Below are positions 45,675-56,056 of a stretch of DNA of 64,000 nt, piece after piece. Each line of letters begins with the position of its first letter. Within the stretch, counting starts at the first letter, position 1. This DNA is from Chitinophaga pinensis (GTDB taxonomy: Bacteria; Bacteroidota; Bacteroidia; UBA7662). The translations under genes were made by a program, and so were the position numbers. The stretch is from assembly GCA_943369355.1 (NCBI GenBank), contig CALRMX020000002.1, positions 113,376-177,375 on the forward strand, given 5' to 3'. Below the pieces are notes generated by a model. It made no database searches. It saw only the letters and a program-made list of their open reading frames with translations, and was not told where the DNA came from.

Positions 45675-48014
45675 ATGCGAATCCTGCTCTTATTGCTATT
45701 TCCACTTTTATCGAGCGCACAAACCCAAATAAGCGGCCGAATCCATCACCAAGGCAAACCTCTTTCTTCGGCGCATATACGTTTATACGGCACCAACTTG
45801 GGTACGGTAAGCGACAGAAATGGTCAATTTGTGCTAAGTCTCGAAAAAACCAGAATACCCCGTTTGCAAATAAGTCTAGTGGGCTACATGCCCATCGATA
45901 CCGTTATAAGTGATCTAGCCATGCCGTTGAATTTCGAGATGAAGGCCGATCAGTTGGGACTCGAACAAGTGGTGGTTAGCGCCAATCGGGAGCAAGTATC
46001 CCAACGCGAAGCCGTAGTGTTGGTGCAATCGATTGACAAAAAGACCTTAAATACCTTACAGCGGATAGATGTAAGCGGAAGTTTGAATTTTATACCCGGG
46101 GTACGTACCGAAACCAATTGTCAGAATTGTGGCTTCACTGCTGTTCGTTTGAATGGTCTACCGGGAGCTTACAGTCAAATTCTCATCAACAGCAGGCCAG
46201 TGTACAGCGCCCTCGCTGGCGTATATGGCTTAGAGCAACTGCCTTCGACCATGATTGAGCGCATCGAAGTTGTAAGAGGCGGGGGTTCGGCTTTATTTGG
46301 CGGAAACGCCATTGCCGGCACGGTTAACCTCATCACCAAAGAGGCGTACGACAACGAAATTGAAGGCGGGGTGATGCTACGCCATATTGGTAATCAAAGT
46401 CCAGAATGGGTGTATCAGCTAAGTACCACACGTGTTAACCCAACACTCACTGCCGGATTTACCGCCTACAGCCTCATTCGCCGACGCACCGAATACGATG
46501 CCAATAACGACGGCTTTAGTGAACTTACCCGCCTGCGCAACCTCACCAAGGGCATGCAAGCCTGGTGGAAGCCCGATAATCGCCGAAAATTGTTGGTTTC
46601 GGGTTTTGTGATTGACGAATACCGCAGAGGTGGAAGTAATTTCGACCGCGAACCCCACCAATCGGAAGTTGCCGAGCAGTTACGCCACCACATCATCGGT
46701 GTAATGGCGCAATACGAACAGCTCAGCCGCGACTATCGCACCAAAACAAGTGTGTATTTGTCGGCCCAAAGTACCGACCGGCATAGCTATTATGGAGGCG
46801 GAGGCCGATTGCTAGCGGCAGGCGATAGCCTCACCGAAACCGATTTACTCGCGATCAACGCTTACGGACAGTCGAACGATTTGGCTGGGGTTGCCGGTGT
46901 ATCGTTACAGCATTTTTTTACCGATGAAATCACCCTTTTGGCTGGTAGCGAACTCATCCTGAACGACGTAATTGACCGTGCTCCAGGATATAACCGCCGA
47001 ATCGATCAGCGGTTGTTTACCAGCGGGAACTATGCCCAATTGCAATATCAAAAACGCAAGCACACCCTGTTATTGGGCGTACGCTTTGATGCTTTGTGGC
47101 TGAATGGAGCCTATTTATTGCAAGATACTTCCATCAGTCAAAACGGAAACTGGCAACTGCCTGTGCCGCGTATCAGTTGGATGTTTAAAATAAATGAGCA
47201 CCTACGCAGCCGAGTTAGTTATGCGCAAGGCTACCGTGCCCCACAAGCCTTCGACGAAGACCTCCACATTGAAACCGTAGGCGGGGCAGCACGTATGAGC
47301 ACCTTTGGTGCCGACCTACGCACCGAAAGATCGCAAAATTTGACCGCTTCGCTCGATTTTGCCGAAAGCTGGAATAACAGGCCAATGAATTTAGTAGTGG
47401 AAGGTTTTTATACCCGATTACAAAATCCTTTCGTTTGGAGCTTGCCCGAAGAATTACCCAACGGCATCTCGGTGATACAAAAAATCAACGGACCGGGTGC
47501 GGCAGTATACGGCGCCACATTTGAATTTCGGATGGCGTCTGGCGACCGTTGGCTCTTGCAAGCAGCTATGACATTCCAGCAAAGCAGGTATGACAACCCC
47601 CTGGTACTTTGGGAAAGCTCACCCACCGATACACGGCCAGCCGTACAAACCAACCGACTTCTCCGCGCTCCAGACCAGTACGGTTATTTACAAGGTAGTT
47701 ACCGCTTTAGTCGAAAGCTGTCGTTGGTAGTTATGGCCCAATACACGGGCGCAATGCAAGTAGCCCATGTCATCGACCCCGAAAGTGAGTATACAGCACT
47801 CAAAACTACGCCAGCTTTCCTGGATTTGGGGACCCGCGTCACTTACGAATTTTTCCCTATCGGAAAACTTCGGGTACAATGGAGCTTAGGTATTGATAAC
47901 GCACTGAACAGTTTTCAGCGTGATTTTGACCGAGGAGCCAGCCGCGACGCTGCATATGTTTACGGTCCGGCTTTACCCAGAACTTTGAATACGGCTTTAA
48001 GGGTGAATTTATGA
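45675..48014 (+). CDS. TonB-dependent outer-membrane receptor with N-terminal carboxypeptidase-regulatory-like domain
   Basis: Signal peptide, a CarbopepD_reg-like segment (SGRIHHQGKPLSSAHIRLYGTNLGTVSDRNGQFVL), the plug (IERIEVVRGGGSALFGGNAIAGTVNLITK), and a long beta-barrel. Confidence 0.9.
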   Translation: MRILLLLLFPLLSSAQTQISGRIHHQGKPLSSAHIRLYGTNLGTVSDRNGQFVLSLEKTRIPRLQISLVGYMPIDTVISDLAMPLNFEMKADQLGLEQVVVSANREQVSQREAVVLVQSIDKKTLNTLQRIDVSGSLNFIPGVRTETNCQNCGFTAVRLNGLPGAYSQILINSRPVYSALAGVYGLEQLPSTMIERIEVVRGGGSALFGGNAIAGTVNLITKEAYDNEIEGGVMLRHIGNQSPEWVYQLSTTRVNPTLTAGFTAYSLIRRRTEYDANNDGFSELTRLRNLTKGMQAWWKPDNRRKLLVSGFVIDEYRRGGSNFDREPHQSEVAEQLRHHIIGVMAQYEQLSRDYRTKTSVYLSAQSTDRHSYYGGGGRLLAAGDSLTETDLLAINAYGQSNDLAGVAGVSLQHFFTDEITLLAGSELILNDVIDRAPGYNRRIDQRLFTSGNYAQLQYQKRKHTLLLGVRFDALWLNGAYLLQDTSISQNGNWQLPVPRISWMFKINEHLRSRVSYAQGYRAPQAFDEDLHIETVGGAARMSTFGADLRTERSQNLTASLDFAESWNNRPMNLVVEGFYTRLQNPFVWSLPEELPNGISVIQKINGPGAAVYGATFEFRMASGDRWLLQAAMTFQQSRYDNPLVLWESSPTDTRPAVQTNRLLRAPDQYGYLQGSYRFSRKLSLVVMAQYTGAMQVAHVIDPESEYTALKTTPAFLDLGTRVTYEFFPIGKLRVQWSLGIDNALNSFQRDFDRGASRDAAYVYGPALPRTLNTALRVNL

Positions 48015-50138
48015 GCCATCGCCCTTAATTACATTGCGGACAAAGTCGCCGAGCTGATTAATCCGTTCGAGATTTTGCCGTATGGGCAACGGCAGTCCAC
48101 CATCCAACTGGAAGGTGCCGTCGACCGAAGGGAAATTAGGTTCTTGCGGGTACACCATAATGAAGCTATTGGGCTCGAAGTGCCGCGAAAGAAGAGTAGG
48201 TATTTGTGAAAAATCGTCACAGTGTGAAATGCTGCCTGGTCGTGCACAAACAATCACAAACAAATCATCGGTACGAAGTGCAGCTGATAGCTCGGTCAAA
48301 CTTTCCGTGCCCTCATAAGCATGATAATCGATATCGAGTTTTTGGTCGGCCCGTTGGTTAATGGCACGTATTACAGCGCCGGTATGACCTCTGGCATGTA
48401 GCACTACTTTACCCGACACAGTAAGTGCCATCTTTTTGAGTAGTGCCAGCCATTTGCCAAATCCCGGTTCGAGTTCGGCATGTTCGGGTACCACGAGCAC
48501 TAACCTCCTGAAGGTATTGAAAGGTTGTTCGAGTTTAGTTACCAATACCATCTGGTCGGTTCGCTTGAGCAAATTGTCCATGATGCCCCCAAAAAACCGA
48601 TCTACCGCATCGGGTTTGGGTTTCCAGCCCAAAATAATCTCTGTAATCCCATTTTCACGAGCCGTATGTACAATACCCGATGTAATGTTCACATCTACCC
48701 GAACCAATTTTTCGAGCTTTCGATCGGCAGCAAGGGCAATTCGGGCAGCCATCTCTAACAGTTTATTACCCTGACCCAGTCCCTCACTTGCTGCCTGCTC
48801 GTCGTTCACCACCGAAAGCACATAAAGAGCCTCGTTTTCGTGTGTATCCTGAACGCACAAAGCCAATTCCATCAGCCGTTCAACCGAAGCAGGATTTGAA
48901 AGTGGGACGAGTATTTGGTCTTGAATGCCTAAGGAAGAAATCGGAGAATTTTGATCGGTAATGGCTAGCTGGCGTCCATTACGTTCAACCACAAATGAAC
49001 TCACCAAGCAGGTCACGAGAATTAAAATAACTGTGCCGTTCAGCACATTTTCATCGATTATCCCCAATCGAAACCCTATAAGAATTACCGCAATAGTAGC
49101 AGCAGCGTGGGCACTACTCAAGCCAAACATTACGCGGCGCTGCAAGGAGCTGTAACCAAATACCCATTTTGTAAACAAAGCTGCCAGCCATTTACCAACC
49201 AATGCAACTAGGGTGAGCACAGCTGCTACGTAAATGGCTTGTGGCCCCTTCAGTAAAACGGCCAAATCCACAAGCATGCCTACACTAATCAGAAAAAATG
49301 GGATGAAAATAGCATTGCCAACAAACTCAATTCGGTTCATGAGCGGCGAGCTGTGTGGAATAAGGCGATTTAAGGCGAGTCCGGCTGCAAATGCACCGAT
49401 TATCGCTTCTACACCTGCCATTTCGGCCATGACCCCAGCGACAAACACCAAGGCCAACACAAAAATGTAGTGTGAACTTCTTTCGCCTTCAACATTTTTG
49501 AAGAACCAACGCCCTAGTCGTGGATAGCCGTAAAACACCACCAAAGCAAACAGTACTAGTGAGCCTGAAAGTTGCAGCCAATAGGCAGTACCCGTATTTC
49601 CTTGTGCAAGTCCAGTGATGACCGCCAAAATTAAGAGCACTAGCGTATCGGTAATGATGGTTCCACCTACTGCAACGGTGACCACCTCGTTGCGGATAAT
49701 GCCCAACCGGCTTGCGATAGGGTAAGCAACCAGCGTATGGGTAGAAAACATGCTCGCGATGAGAATCGAACCTTGAATTCCGTAGCCTAAAAGGTAATGG
49801 CATACATAATAACCCAGTATAAAAGGTACTGCGAAAGTGAATAAACCAAAAACTAGGCTTCTGTTTCTGTTTTTAGCGAACTCGTTCATATCGAGTTCTA
49901 AACCTGCCAAAAACATGATGTATAACAAGCCAGCCTTGGCAAACAAATCGATGCTTGCCTTTTCAATCACGTTAAAGCCATACGGACCAATAGCCACTCC
50001 GGCGAGTATAAGCCCTATAATGCTAGGAATACGCAGCTTTCCCATCACCACTGGGGCAAGGAGAATAATCAGCAACACCACCGCAAAAGTGACTACTGAA
50101 TCCTGAAGTGGAAGCTCCCAAGTTAGGCGTAATAGCAT
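48009..50138 (-). CDS. Cation:proton antiporter (CPA2/Kef-like membrane domain) with a large cytoplasmic C-terminal, possibly USP-like, regulatory region
   Basis: About 12 TM segments in the N-terminal half (LGKLRIPSIIGLILAGVAIGP...). The roughly 300-aa soluble tail is assigned by eye. Confidence 0.8.
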   Translation of the reverse strand: MLLRLTWELPLQDSVVTFAVVLLIILLAPVVMGKLRIPSIIGLILAGVAIGPYGFNVIEKASIDLFAKAGLLYIMFLAGLELDMNEFAKNRNRSLVFGLFTFAVPFILGYYVCHYLLGYGIQGSILIASMFSTHTLVAYPIASRLGIIRNEVVTVAVGGTIITDTLVLLILAVITGLAQGNTGTAYWLQLSGSLVLFALVVFYGYPRLGRWFFKNVEGERSSHYIFVLALVFVAGVMAEMAGVEAIIGAFAAGLALNRLIPHSSPLMNRIEFVGNAIFIPFFLISVGMLVDLAVLLKGPQAIYVAAVLTLVALVGKWLAALFTKWVFGYSSLQRRVMFGLSSAHAAATIAVILIGFRLGIIDENVLNGTVILILVTCLVSSFVVERNGRQLAITDQNSPISSLGIQDQILVPLSNPASVERLMELALCVQDTHENEALYVLSVVNDEQAASEGLGQGNKLLEMAARIALAADRKLEKLVRVDVNITSGIVHTARENGITEIILGWKPKPDAVDRFFGGIMDNLLKRTDQMVLVTKLEQPFNTFRRLVLVVPEHAELEPGFGKWLALLKKMALTVSGKVVLHARGHTGAVIRAINQRADQKLDIDYHAYEGTESLTELSAALRTDDLFVIVCARPGSISHCDDFSQIPTLLSRHFEPNSFIMVYPQEPNFPSVDGTFQLDGGLPLPIRQNLERINQLGDFVRNVIKGDGS

Positions 50139-50205
50139 ATTACAAATTCAGCATGAAAATACAGGGAATTTCTAGGATGTCGCACTTTCCTATTACTTTA
50201 GAAAT

Positions 50206-51579
50206 ATGACAGGCCCAATAAACCAAAACGAAAACAAATTGCTGCCGGCAATCAGAAACTACCTGCAAAAACTCTTCAATATCGAAGAAGGCACCGATGA
50301 AGCTGGAACCATCGCAGGCATACGCAAAGACATTGAATTTAAGGGCATCAACAGCTGGATTTTAGTCTGTTCCATCTTCATTGCCTCTATTGGACTGAAC
50401 ACGAACTCTACCGCCGTGATCATTGGTGCCATGCTTGTTTCGCCGCTCATGGGCCCCATTTTAGGCATTGGCTTGGCCATTGGCATATTCGACTTTGAAT
50501 TGCTCAAAAGGGCACTAAAAAACTTTGGCTCGGCTGTGCTGCTCGCGGTCATTACATCTACCCTCTACTTTAGCATCACGCCATTAGGCGATGCGCAAAG
50601 CGAACTTTTGGCCCGCACCACGCCTACCATCTGGGATGTGCTCATTGCTTTTTTCGGAGGCCTTGCCGGTATCGTTGCGGGATCTCGCCGCGAAAAAGGT
50701 AATGTGATTCCGGGCGTGGCCATCGCCACCGCGCTCATGCCGCCCCTTTGTACCGCTGGGTATGGATTGGCAAGCGGTAACTGGTCGTATTTTTTGGGCG
50801 CATTCTATCTCTTTTTCATCAATTCGGTCTTCATCGGCTTTGCCACTTTGCTCATTGTGCGTTTGCTCAAATTCAAACCCGTAAACAAGGTAGATACTGC
50901 GGTTGCACGTCGTTCGAGGCAATATGTCACAGGCTTTGTCGTACTCACCATGATCCCCAGCATTTGGATTGCCTATGGAGTTGTGCAGGAGTCGCTGTTC
51001 AATAGCCGCTCCAATGCATTTGTGCGCGAGCACATCGAAAGCGATGTACGACAGGTAATACAATCGTCGTATGAAATGCAGGGCGATAGCGCAAAAATAA
51101 CCTTAGCCATACTCGGAGAACCTTTGAGTGAAGCCGAAAAATTACGCTTACAAAGCATGCTCCATTTACGACCAGGAATGTCACATACCAAACTGGTGAT
51201 ACTGCAAGCCGGCGGTAGCGAAGCCCTACTCGATGGAAATAAAGGGGGCTTGCTTGAAACCCTTTTTCAGAACAATCGCGATAGTCTCGAACAACGTAAA
51301 AAAAGACTGGAAGCTACCGAAGCAGCCTTGGCCTATTGGCAGTTGTTACCAGCCCATGCACAAAAACTGGGGGAAGAAGTTCAGCTGCTCTACCCCATGG
51401 TAGGTAAACTTGCTTGGTCGCGTGTGTACGAAGTGAATACCCTCACCGGTAAGAACGATACCTTGCCTGTTGTACTCATACATTTCAAGAGCCCAGCGAC
51501 TGCCGAAACGAAGAACAAAATCCGCAACTGGCTGCAGTTACGCATGCAAACCGACTCGTTGCGCTTGGTAGAATACTAA
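50206..51579 (+). CDS. DUF389 (TIGR00341-like) membrane protein with soluble C-terminal extension
   Basis: Gly-rich TM core AVIIGAMLVSPLMGPILGIGLAIG ... IPGVAIATALMPPLCTAGYGLA, typical of DUF389. Confidence 0.7.
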   Translation: MTGPINQNENKLLPAIRNYLQKLFNIEEGTDEAGTIAGIRKDIEFKGINSWILVCSIFIASIGLNTNSTAVIIGAMLVSPLMGPILGIGLAIGIFDFELLKRALKNFGSAVLLAVITSTLYFSITPLGDAQSELLARTTPTIWDVLIAFFGGLAGIVAGSRREKGNVIPGVAIATALMPPLCTAGYGLASGNWSYFLGAFYLFFINSVFIGFATLLIVRLLKFKPVNKVDTAVARRSRQYVTGFVVLTMIPSIWIAYGVVQESLFNSRSNAFVREHIESDVRQVIQSSYEMQGDSAKITLAILGEPLSEAEKLRLQSMLHLRPGMSHTKLVILQAGGSEALLDGNKGGLLETLFQNNRDSLEQRKKRLEATEAALAYWQLLPAHAQKLGEEVQLLYPMVGKLAWSRVYEVNTLTGKNDTLPVVLIHFKSPATAETKNKIRNWLQLRMQTDSLRLVEY

Positions 51580-51603
51580 AAAGGCCGGCCTTTCGGGCCG
51601 ACC
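51578..51603 (-). terminator. Intrinsic terminator downstream of bcp
   Basis: On the minus strand, GGTCGGCC-CGAAA-GGCCGGCC followed by TTTTT. Confidence 0.6.
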
Positions 51604-51626
51604 TCGGTTAAGCTTTGCTCAGTTGA

Positions 51627-52076
51627 TCAGAGGAGCTGGGCAGCGTGATCTTTGGTGTTTACCTTTTCTATTACCTTTTCGATATTGCCTTGTTCGTCAA
51701 TCAAAAAGGTTACTCGGTCGGTACCCATGTACTTGCGGCCGTACATGCTTTTTTCAATCCAAGTACCATATGCTTCATGGATGCTTTTGCTTTCGTCGGC
51801 AATCAGGTTAAACGGCAAACTGTATTTGTTGGCAAATTTATCGTGCGACTTCACACTGTCGCTGCTTACACCAATTACTTCAATGCCTTTTGCTTTGAGA
51901 CTCATTTCATTGTCGCGAAGGTTACAGGCCTCGGCTGTACAACCGGGAGTATCGTCTTTTGGGTAAAAGTACAACGCAACTTTTTTGCCCTTAAATTGAT
52001 CGAGGCCGATGGTTTCGCCCTTTTGGTTGAGGCCACTAAAGGCTGGTGCCTTTTGGCCAATTTGTGGTCTGCTCAT
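51627..52076 (-). CDS. bcp: Thioredoxin-dependent thiol peroxidase (peroxiredoxin Q / Bcp)
   Basis: VALYFYPKDDTPGCTAEAC active-site motif. 149 aa. Confidence 0.92.
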   Translation of the reverse strand: MSRPQIGQKAPAFSGLNQKGETIGLDQFKGKKVALYFYPKDDTPGCTAEACNLRDNEMSLKAKGIEVIGVSSDSVKSHDKFANKYSLPFNLIADESKSIHEAYGTWIEKSMYGRKYMGTDRVTFLIDEQGNIEKVIEKVNTKDHAAQLL

Positions 52077-53800
52077 AGTATTTTGAAATTAGTTTGAAAG
52101 TTCCGGGTATTACCTACAGCATCTCTAACAACAATATCGAGCGTATGATTTCCTGATGCGAAGCTTTTTTGCAAGGGTATGCTCAATGTGGCCGTTTTAC
52201 CATCAAACTCGTGGTATTCCCACTTTCCATCAATAAAAATGTCGTAACTGTCGAGGCCCGAAAGATTATCACCGATGCGAAAATTCAGCTTTTGTCCTGT
52301 ACGGTAGGCTTTGCCGGGCTTGTGGTTCACGGCAACAACAGAGGGCAGTACGGTATCTACGGCTAGATAAAAGTCGCCGAAGGTTCGCACACGTGCCTCG
52401 AAAAAATCGCCTTTCCAACTGCCCGTTGCGGCAGTGCGACTTCCGCCTAAGCCAATTCCTACCAAAACGGTAAACGGCCGCAAACTATCGGGGAGGCCAG
52501 TATGTTTAATCGCTACTTGGTAAAAACCATGCACGGGCACCTTAGGGGTGTGAATGCTATGTACTGCTGAATAACTCAGTGCAGGTCGGATACTCCGCTT
52601 GTACTGCAAATCGAGGGTATCGTAGAAGTTCCAGGCTGGCATACTCAACCTAAGCTCGTCTTTGATGAGGTTTACGGGCTTATCGGGGGTGAGCCGCTCA
52701 CCAGTGGGCACGGTTGCCGACAATTCAAAGGTGCGTTCGGTGGCACCGCGCATTTTCCAACTCAAGCGACTGGCATTGCCGTTAAAATCAGTTGCAATAA
52801 TTTCTAGATGAATACTGTCGCCAGGAGCTATCGATATGGTGCCATCGTTTTTTACGCACGGAAGCAAACTCACCCGATTGCCAGGCTCTTTCAAACAGCG
52901 GTAAATGCTCTCACGCTGCAACATTCTACTTTCGTAGTCCATCACGCTGTTGGCATACCGTGTTTCATTGAACTCAAAAGCATCGGCTTTGAAATGATAC
53001 ACCGTATCGCCTTCTGCAAGTAAAATCAACTGATAAATGCCGTTGTTGAAGCCGTTGCCATCGTGTTTATCGGCCACACGGGTTTGCACATAAAAGCTAC
53101 CCCACGCATCTATACGCTGTGGCACCAATTGATACCCACTTTTGCTCTTCTGCGCCCACATCTTTTTGTTGTTTCCCGAACCGTTGATTTGAGCCCCTTT
53201 GCCGTGGGGTACTAACTCAACGAACGAAAACAGCGGAGCAACCCGATCGGGCACTTCGTAGCCAAACAGTTGCGGATTGATGATGGCTTCTGTTTTGGTA
53301 TTTCGTAACTCGAAATGTAAGTGCGGACCACCCGAGCCTCCCGTATTTCCGCTCAAGGCTACTACATCACCCTTTTTTACCACCAATTCGCCAGGTTTTA
53401 AACTCAAGTCTATTTCGAAGGCTTCCTTTTCGTAGTGTTTTGCTCTCACCCAGTCGGCCAACTGACCTTGAAATTGCTGCAAGTGTGCATATACCGAAGT
53501 ATATCCGTTGGGATGGTCGATATAGACCGCCAGGCCGTAACCGTAGGCCGATACCTTCACACGACTTACATGCCCGTCGGCGATGGCGTAAACCTTATAC
53601 CCTTCTTTACTTTCGGTACGTATATCCAATCCGCTGTGAAAATGGTTGGTTCGCAACTCGCCAAACGTACCCGACAGTTTGATGGGCAGGTCGAGGGGGT
53701 TACGAAAATACCCTTTCGGATAATTTTGCGCCTTCAAAGCAGCATAAGGCAATGCCAGCCCCACCCAAAGGAGGAGAACGATATAGCGGCCTTTGCTCAT
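52073..53800 (-). CDS. M23-family metallopeptidase with a large C-terminal extension
   Basis: HFHSGLDI and GGSGGPHLHFE zinc-ligand motifs. Signal peptide present. Confidence 0.85.
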   Translation of the reverse strand: MSKGRYIVLLLWVGLALPYAALKAQNYPKGYFRNPLDLPIKLSGTFGELRTNHFHSGLDIRTESKEGYKVYAIADGHVSRVKVSAYGYGLAVYIDHPNGYTSVYAHLQQFQGQLADWVRAKHYEKEAFEIDLSLKPGELVVKKGDVVALSGNTGGSGGPHLHFELRNTKTEAIINPQLFGYEVPDRVAPLFSFVELVPHGKGAQINGSGNNKKMWAQKSKSGYQLVPQRIDAWGSFYVQTRVADKHDGNGFNNGIYQLILLAEGDTVYHFKADAFEFNETRYANSVMDYESRMLQRESIYRCLKEPGNRVSLLPCVKNDGTISIAPGDSIHLEIIATDFNGNASRLSWKMRGATERTFELSATVPTGERLTPDKPVNLIKDELRLSMPAWNFYDTLDLQYKRSIRPALSYSAVHSIHTPKVPVHGFYQVAIKHTGLPDSLRPFTVLVGIGLGGSRTAATGSWKGDFFEARVRTFGDFYLAVDTVLPSVVAVNHKPGKAYRTGQKLNFRIGDNLSGLDSYDIFIDGKWEYHEFDGKTATLSIPLQKSFASGNHTLDIVVRDAVGNTRNFQTNFKIL

Positions 53801-54516
53801 TAAAAATTGGGGCTCAGTACAAAACGAGAGTAAAAATCTTCGATGTGTTCCACGGCCTCATCGGCTGTATCTACCACCTTCATCAAGTCGATGTCCGACA
53901 AGTGAATGTTGTTCTCCTTATCGTGCATGGTGTTTTTGAGCCAATCGATTAAGCCTTTCCAATATTCGCTGCCGACCAGCACAATGGGGAACTTTCCAAT
54001 TTTTTTGGTTTGGATGAGTGTTAAGGCTTCAAAAAGCTCGTCGAGTGTGCCAAATCCGCCAGGAAGCACCACAAAACCCTGTGCATACTTGATGAACATG
54101 AGTTTGCGCACGAAGAAATAATCGAAATTGATGAGCTTGTCGCTGTCGATATACGGATTGCTGAATTGCTCAAAAGGCAGGTCGATATTCAAGCCCACCG
54201 ACTTACCGCCAGCCAGCTTAGCTCCTTTGTTGCCCGCCTCCATGATGCCCGGTCCACCTCCTGTGATGACACCGTAACCCTTTTCGGTGAGTTTGGCGCC
54301 AATTTCTTCGGCAAGTTTGTAGTACGGATTATCGGGCTTGGTACGTGCCGAGCCAAAAATGCTCACGCATGGACCTATGCGCGCCAACTTCTCGAAGCCT
54401 TCTACCAGCTCCGCAATAATTTTAAAAATCTGCCAGCTCGAACTGGCTTTAATTTCTGTCCATGATTTTTGCTCAAACGCACCGCGGATGAGCTCTTCTT
54501 TGTCGTCTGTCATCAT
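53800..54516 (-). CDS. LOG-family (TIGR00730) nucleotide 5'-monophosphate nucleosidase
   Basis: GGGPGIMEA and PGGFGTLDELFE motifs. ATG 54516 forms an ATGA overlap with the upstream symporter stop. Confidence 0.88.
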   Translation of the reverse strand: MMTDDKEELIRGAFEQKSWTEIKASSSWQIFKIIAELVEGFEKLARIGPCVSIFGSARTKPDNPYYKLAEEIGAKLTEKGYGVITGGGPGIMEAGNKGAKLAGGKSVGLNIDLPFEQFSNPYIDSDKLINFDYFFVRKLMFIKYAQGFVVLPGGFGTLDELFEALTLIQTKKIGKFPIVLVGSEYWKGLIDWLKNTMHDKENNIHLSDIDLMKVVDTADEAVEHIEDFYSRFVLSPNF

Positions 54517-55994
54517 CTTTTTTCTATCTCCTCGGTTTTGGGTAAGCGTAACAGCCACAAGCCGCCGAAGGTAAGTGCACCGTTCAGTATGAGTAGCTCA
54601 AATCCAAACGTGTACCCGCCCAGCCATGTTTTGCTGTTGAGCTGCAAAATATAACAAATCAACGGTGATAGCACCGCCACTACCGGTACCCAGCCATCTT
54701 TTACTTTTCGCTGGGTAAAAAGCCCGAAGGCAAATAAGCCAAGCAGTGGCCCATAGGTGTAACCGGCTACTTTAAATAACTGCGTTATCAAGGCATCGTT
54801 GTGCAGCGAATGAAATAAAAGGATTTGCAAGCCAAGCACAACCGACATGCCCACATGCACCTTCATGCGTGTGCGTACGTCGCCCTTTTGCGGGGTGAAG
54901 CCCAGAAAATCGACACAAAACGAAGTGGTGAGGGCAGCCAAGGCCGAATCGGCACTGGAGTAGGCTGCAGCGATGAGCCCTATGATAAAGGTAAAGCCAG
55001 CAATGGGTGCAAAATGCTGTAAAGCCAGCATGGGAAATAGCTCGTCGGTCGACTTAGGGATGGCAATACCCTTGGTTTCGGCATAGGCAAAAAGTAAGAC
55101 GCCGAGGCTCATGAATAAAAAGTTCACCAACACCAACACCAAGCTAAACCAGAACATATTCTTCTGTGCATCGGCGAGGCTGCGGCAGCTGAGATTTTTT
55201 TGCATCATGTCTTGATCTAAACCGGTCATGACAATGGTGATAAAGGCTCCCGAAAAAAACATCTTCCAGAAATACTGAGGACTTTCCCAATCCCAAAAAA
55301 ACCATTGCGAACGGGGACTTTCGGTCACCGTATTCACCAAACCCTTAAAATCAAGTTCAAGCTCTTGACCAATGATACCTATCGACAAAAGTACGGCACC
55401 TATCAGGAAGAAGGTTTGTAAAGTATCGGTCCAAATAATGGTTTTTATGCCACTGCGGAAGGTATACAACCAGATAAGTACGATGGTAACCACCACAGTA
55501 AGCCAGAAAGGCACGCCCCAAGCCGAAAACACAAAACGATCGAGCACCATGGCTACCAAATACAGGCGAAACGACGAACCGATGGTACGCGACAGCAAAA
55601 AGAAACTGGCGCCTGTGCGGTGAGACCAAAAGCCGAAACGCTGTTGCAGGTAGGCATAAATGCTGGTCAGGTTGAGCCGATAGTAAAGCGGCAGCAGTAC
55701 ACCCATGATCACCCAATACCCGAGCAAATAGCCCAAAACCAGCTGCATATAACTCATCGACTGGGTGCCCACGGTGCCCGGAATAGAGATGAAGGTCACA
55801 CCCGAAAGGCTTGCGCCAATCATGCCGAAGGCCACCACATACCATGGTGCCGATTTATTGGCAAGAAAAAACGACTGATTGTCGGAATTTCGGCCTGTAA
55901 ACCACGAAACGCCAATGAGCATGGCAAAATAGAGCCCAATGACCAGTAATATTAGCAAAGGTGTCATGCAACGAAAATGAGGCGAAAAACCCAT
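54513..55994 (-). CDS. Sodium:solute symporter (SSS family)
   Basis: About 13 TM segments, with an SSS-like N-terminus. The alternative start ATG 55967 (MTPLLILLV) is equally plausible. Confidence 0.8.
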   Translation of the reverse strand: MGFSPHFRCMTPLLILLVIGLYFAMLIGVSWFTGRNSDNQSFFLANKSAPWYVVAFGMIGASLSGVTFISIPGTVGTQSMSYMQLVLGYLLGYWVIMGVLLPLYYRLNLTSIYAYLQQRFGFWSHRTGASFFLLSRTIGSSFRLYLVAMVLDRFVFSAWGVPFWLTVVVTIVLIWLYTFRSGIKTIIWTDTLQTFFLIGAVLLSIGIIGQELELDFKGLVNTVTESPRSQWFFWDWESPQYFWKMFFSGAFITIVMTGLDQDMMQKNLSCRSLADAQKNMFWFSLVLVLVNFLFMSLGVLLFAYAETKGIAIPKSTDELFPMLALQHFAPIAGFTFIIGLIAAAYSSADSALAALTTSFCVDFLGFTPQKGDVRTRMKVHVGMSVVLGLQILLFHSLHNDALITQLFKVAGYTYGPLLGLFAFGLFTQRKVKDGWVPVVAVLSPLICYILQLNSKTWLGGYTFGFELLILNGALTFGGLWLLRLPKTEEIEKR

Positions 55995-56056
55995 TTACCC
56001 AAATGAAATCGAGAGAATGGTGGTATTGCAGAATTATGTAAATTGAACTAAAAAAC

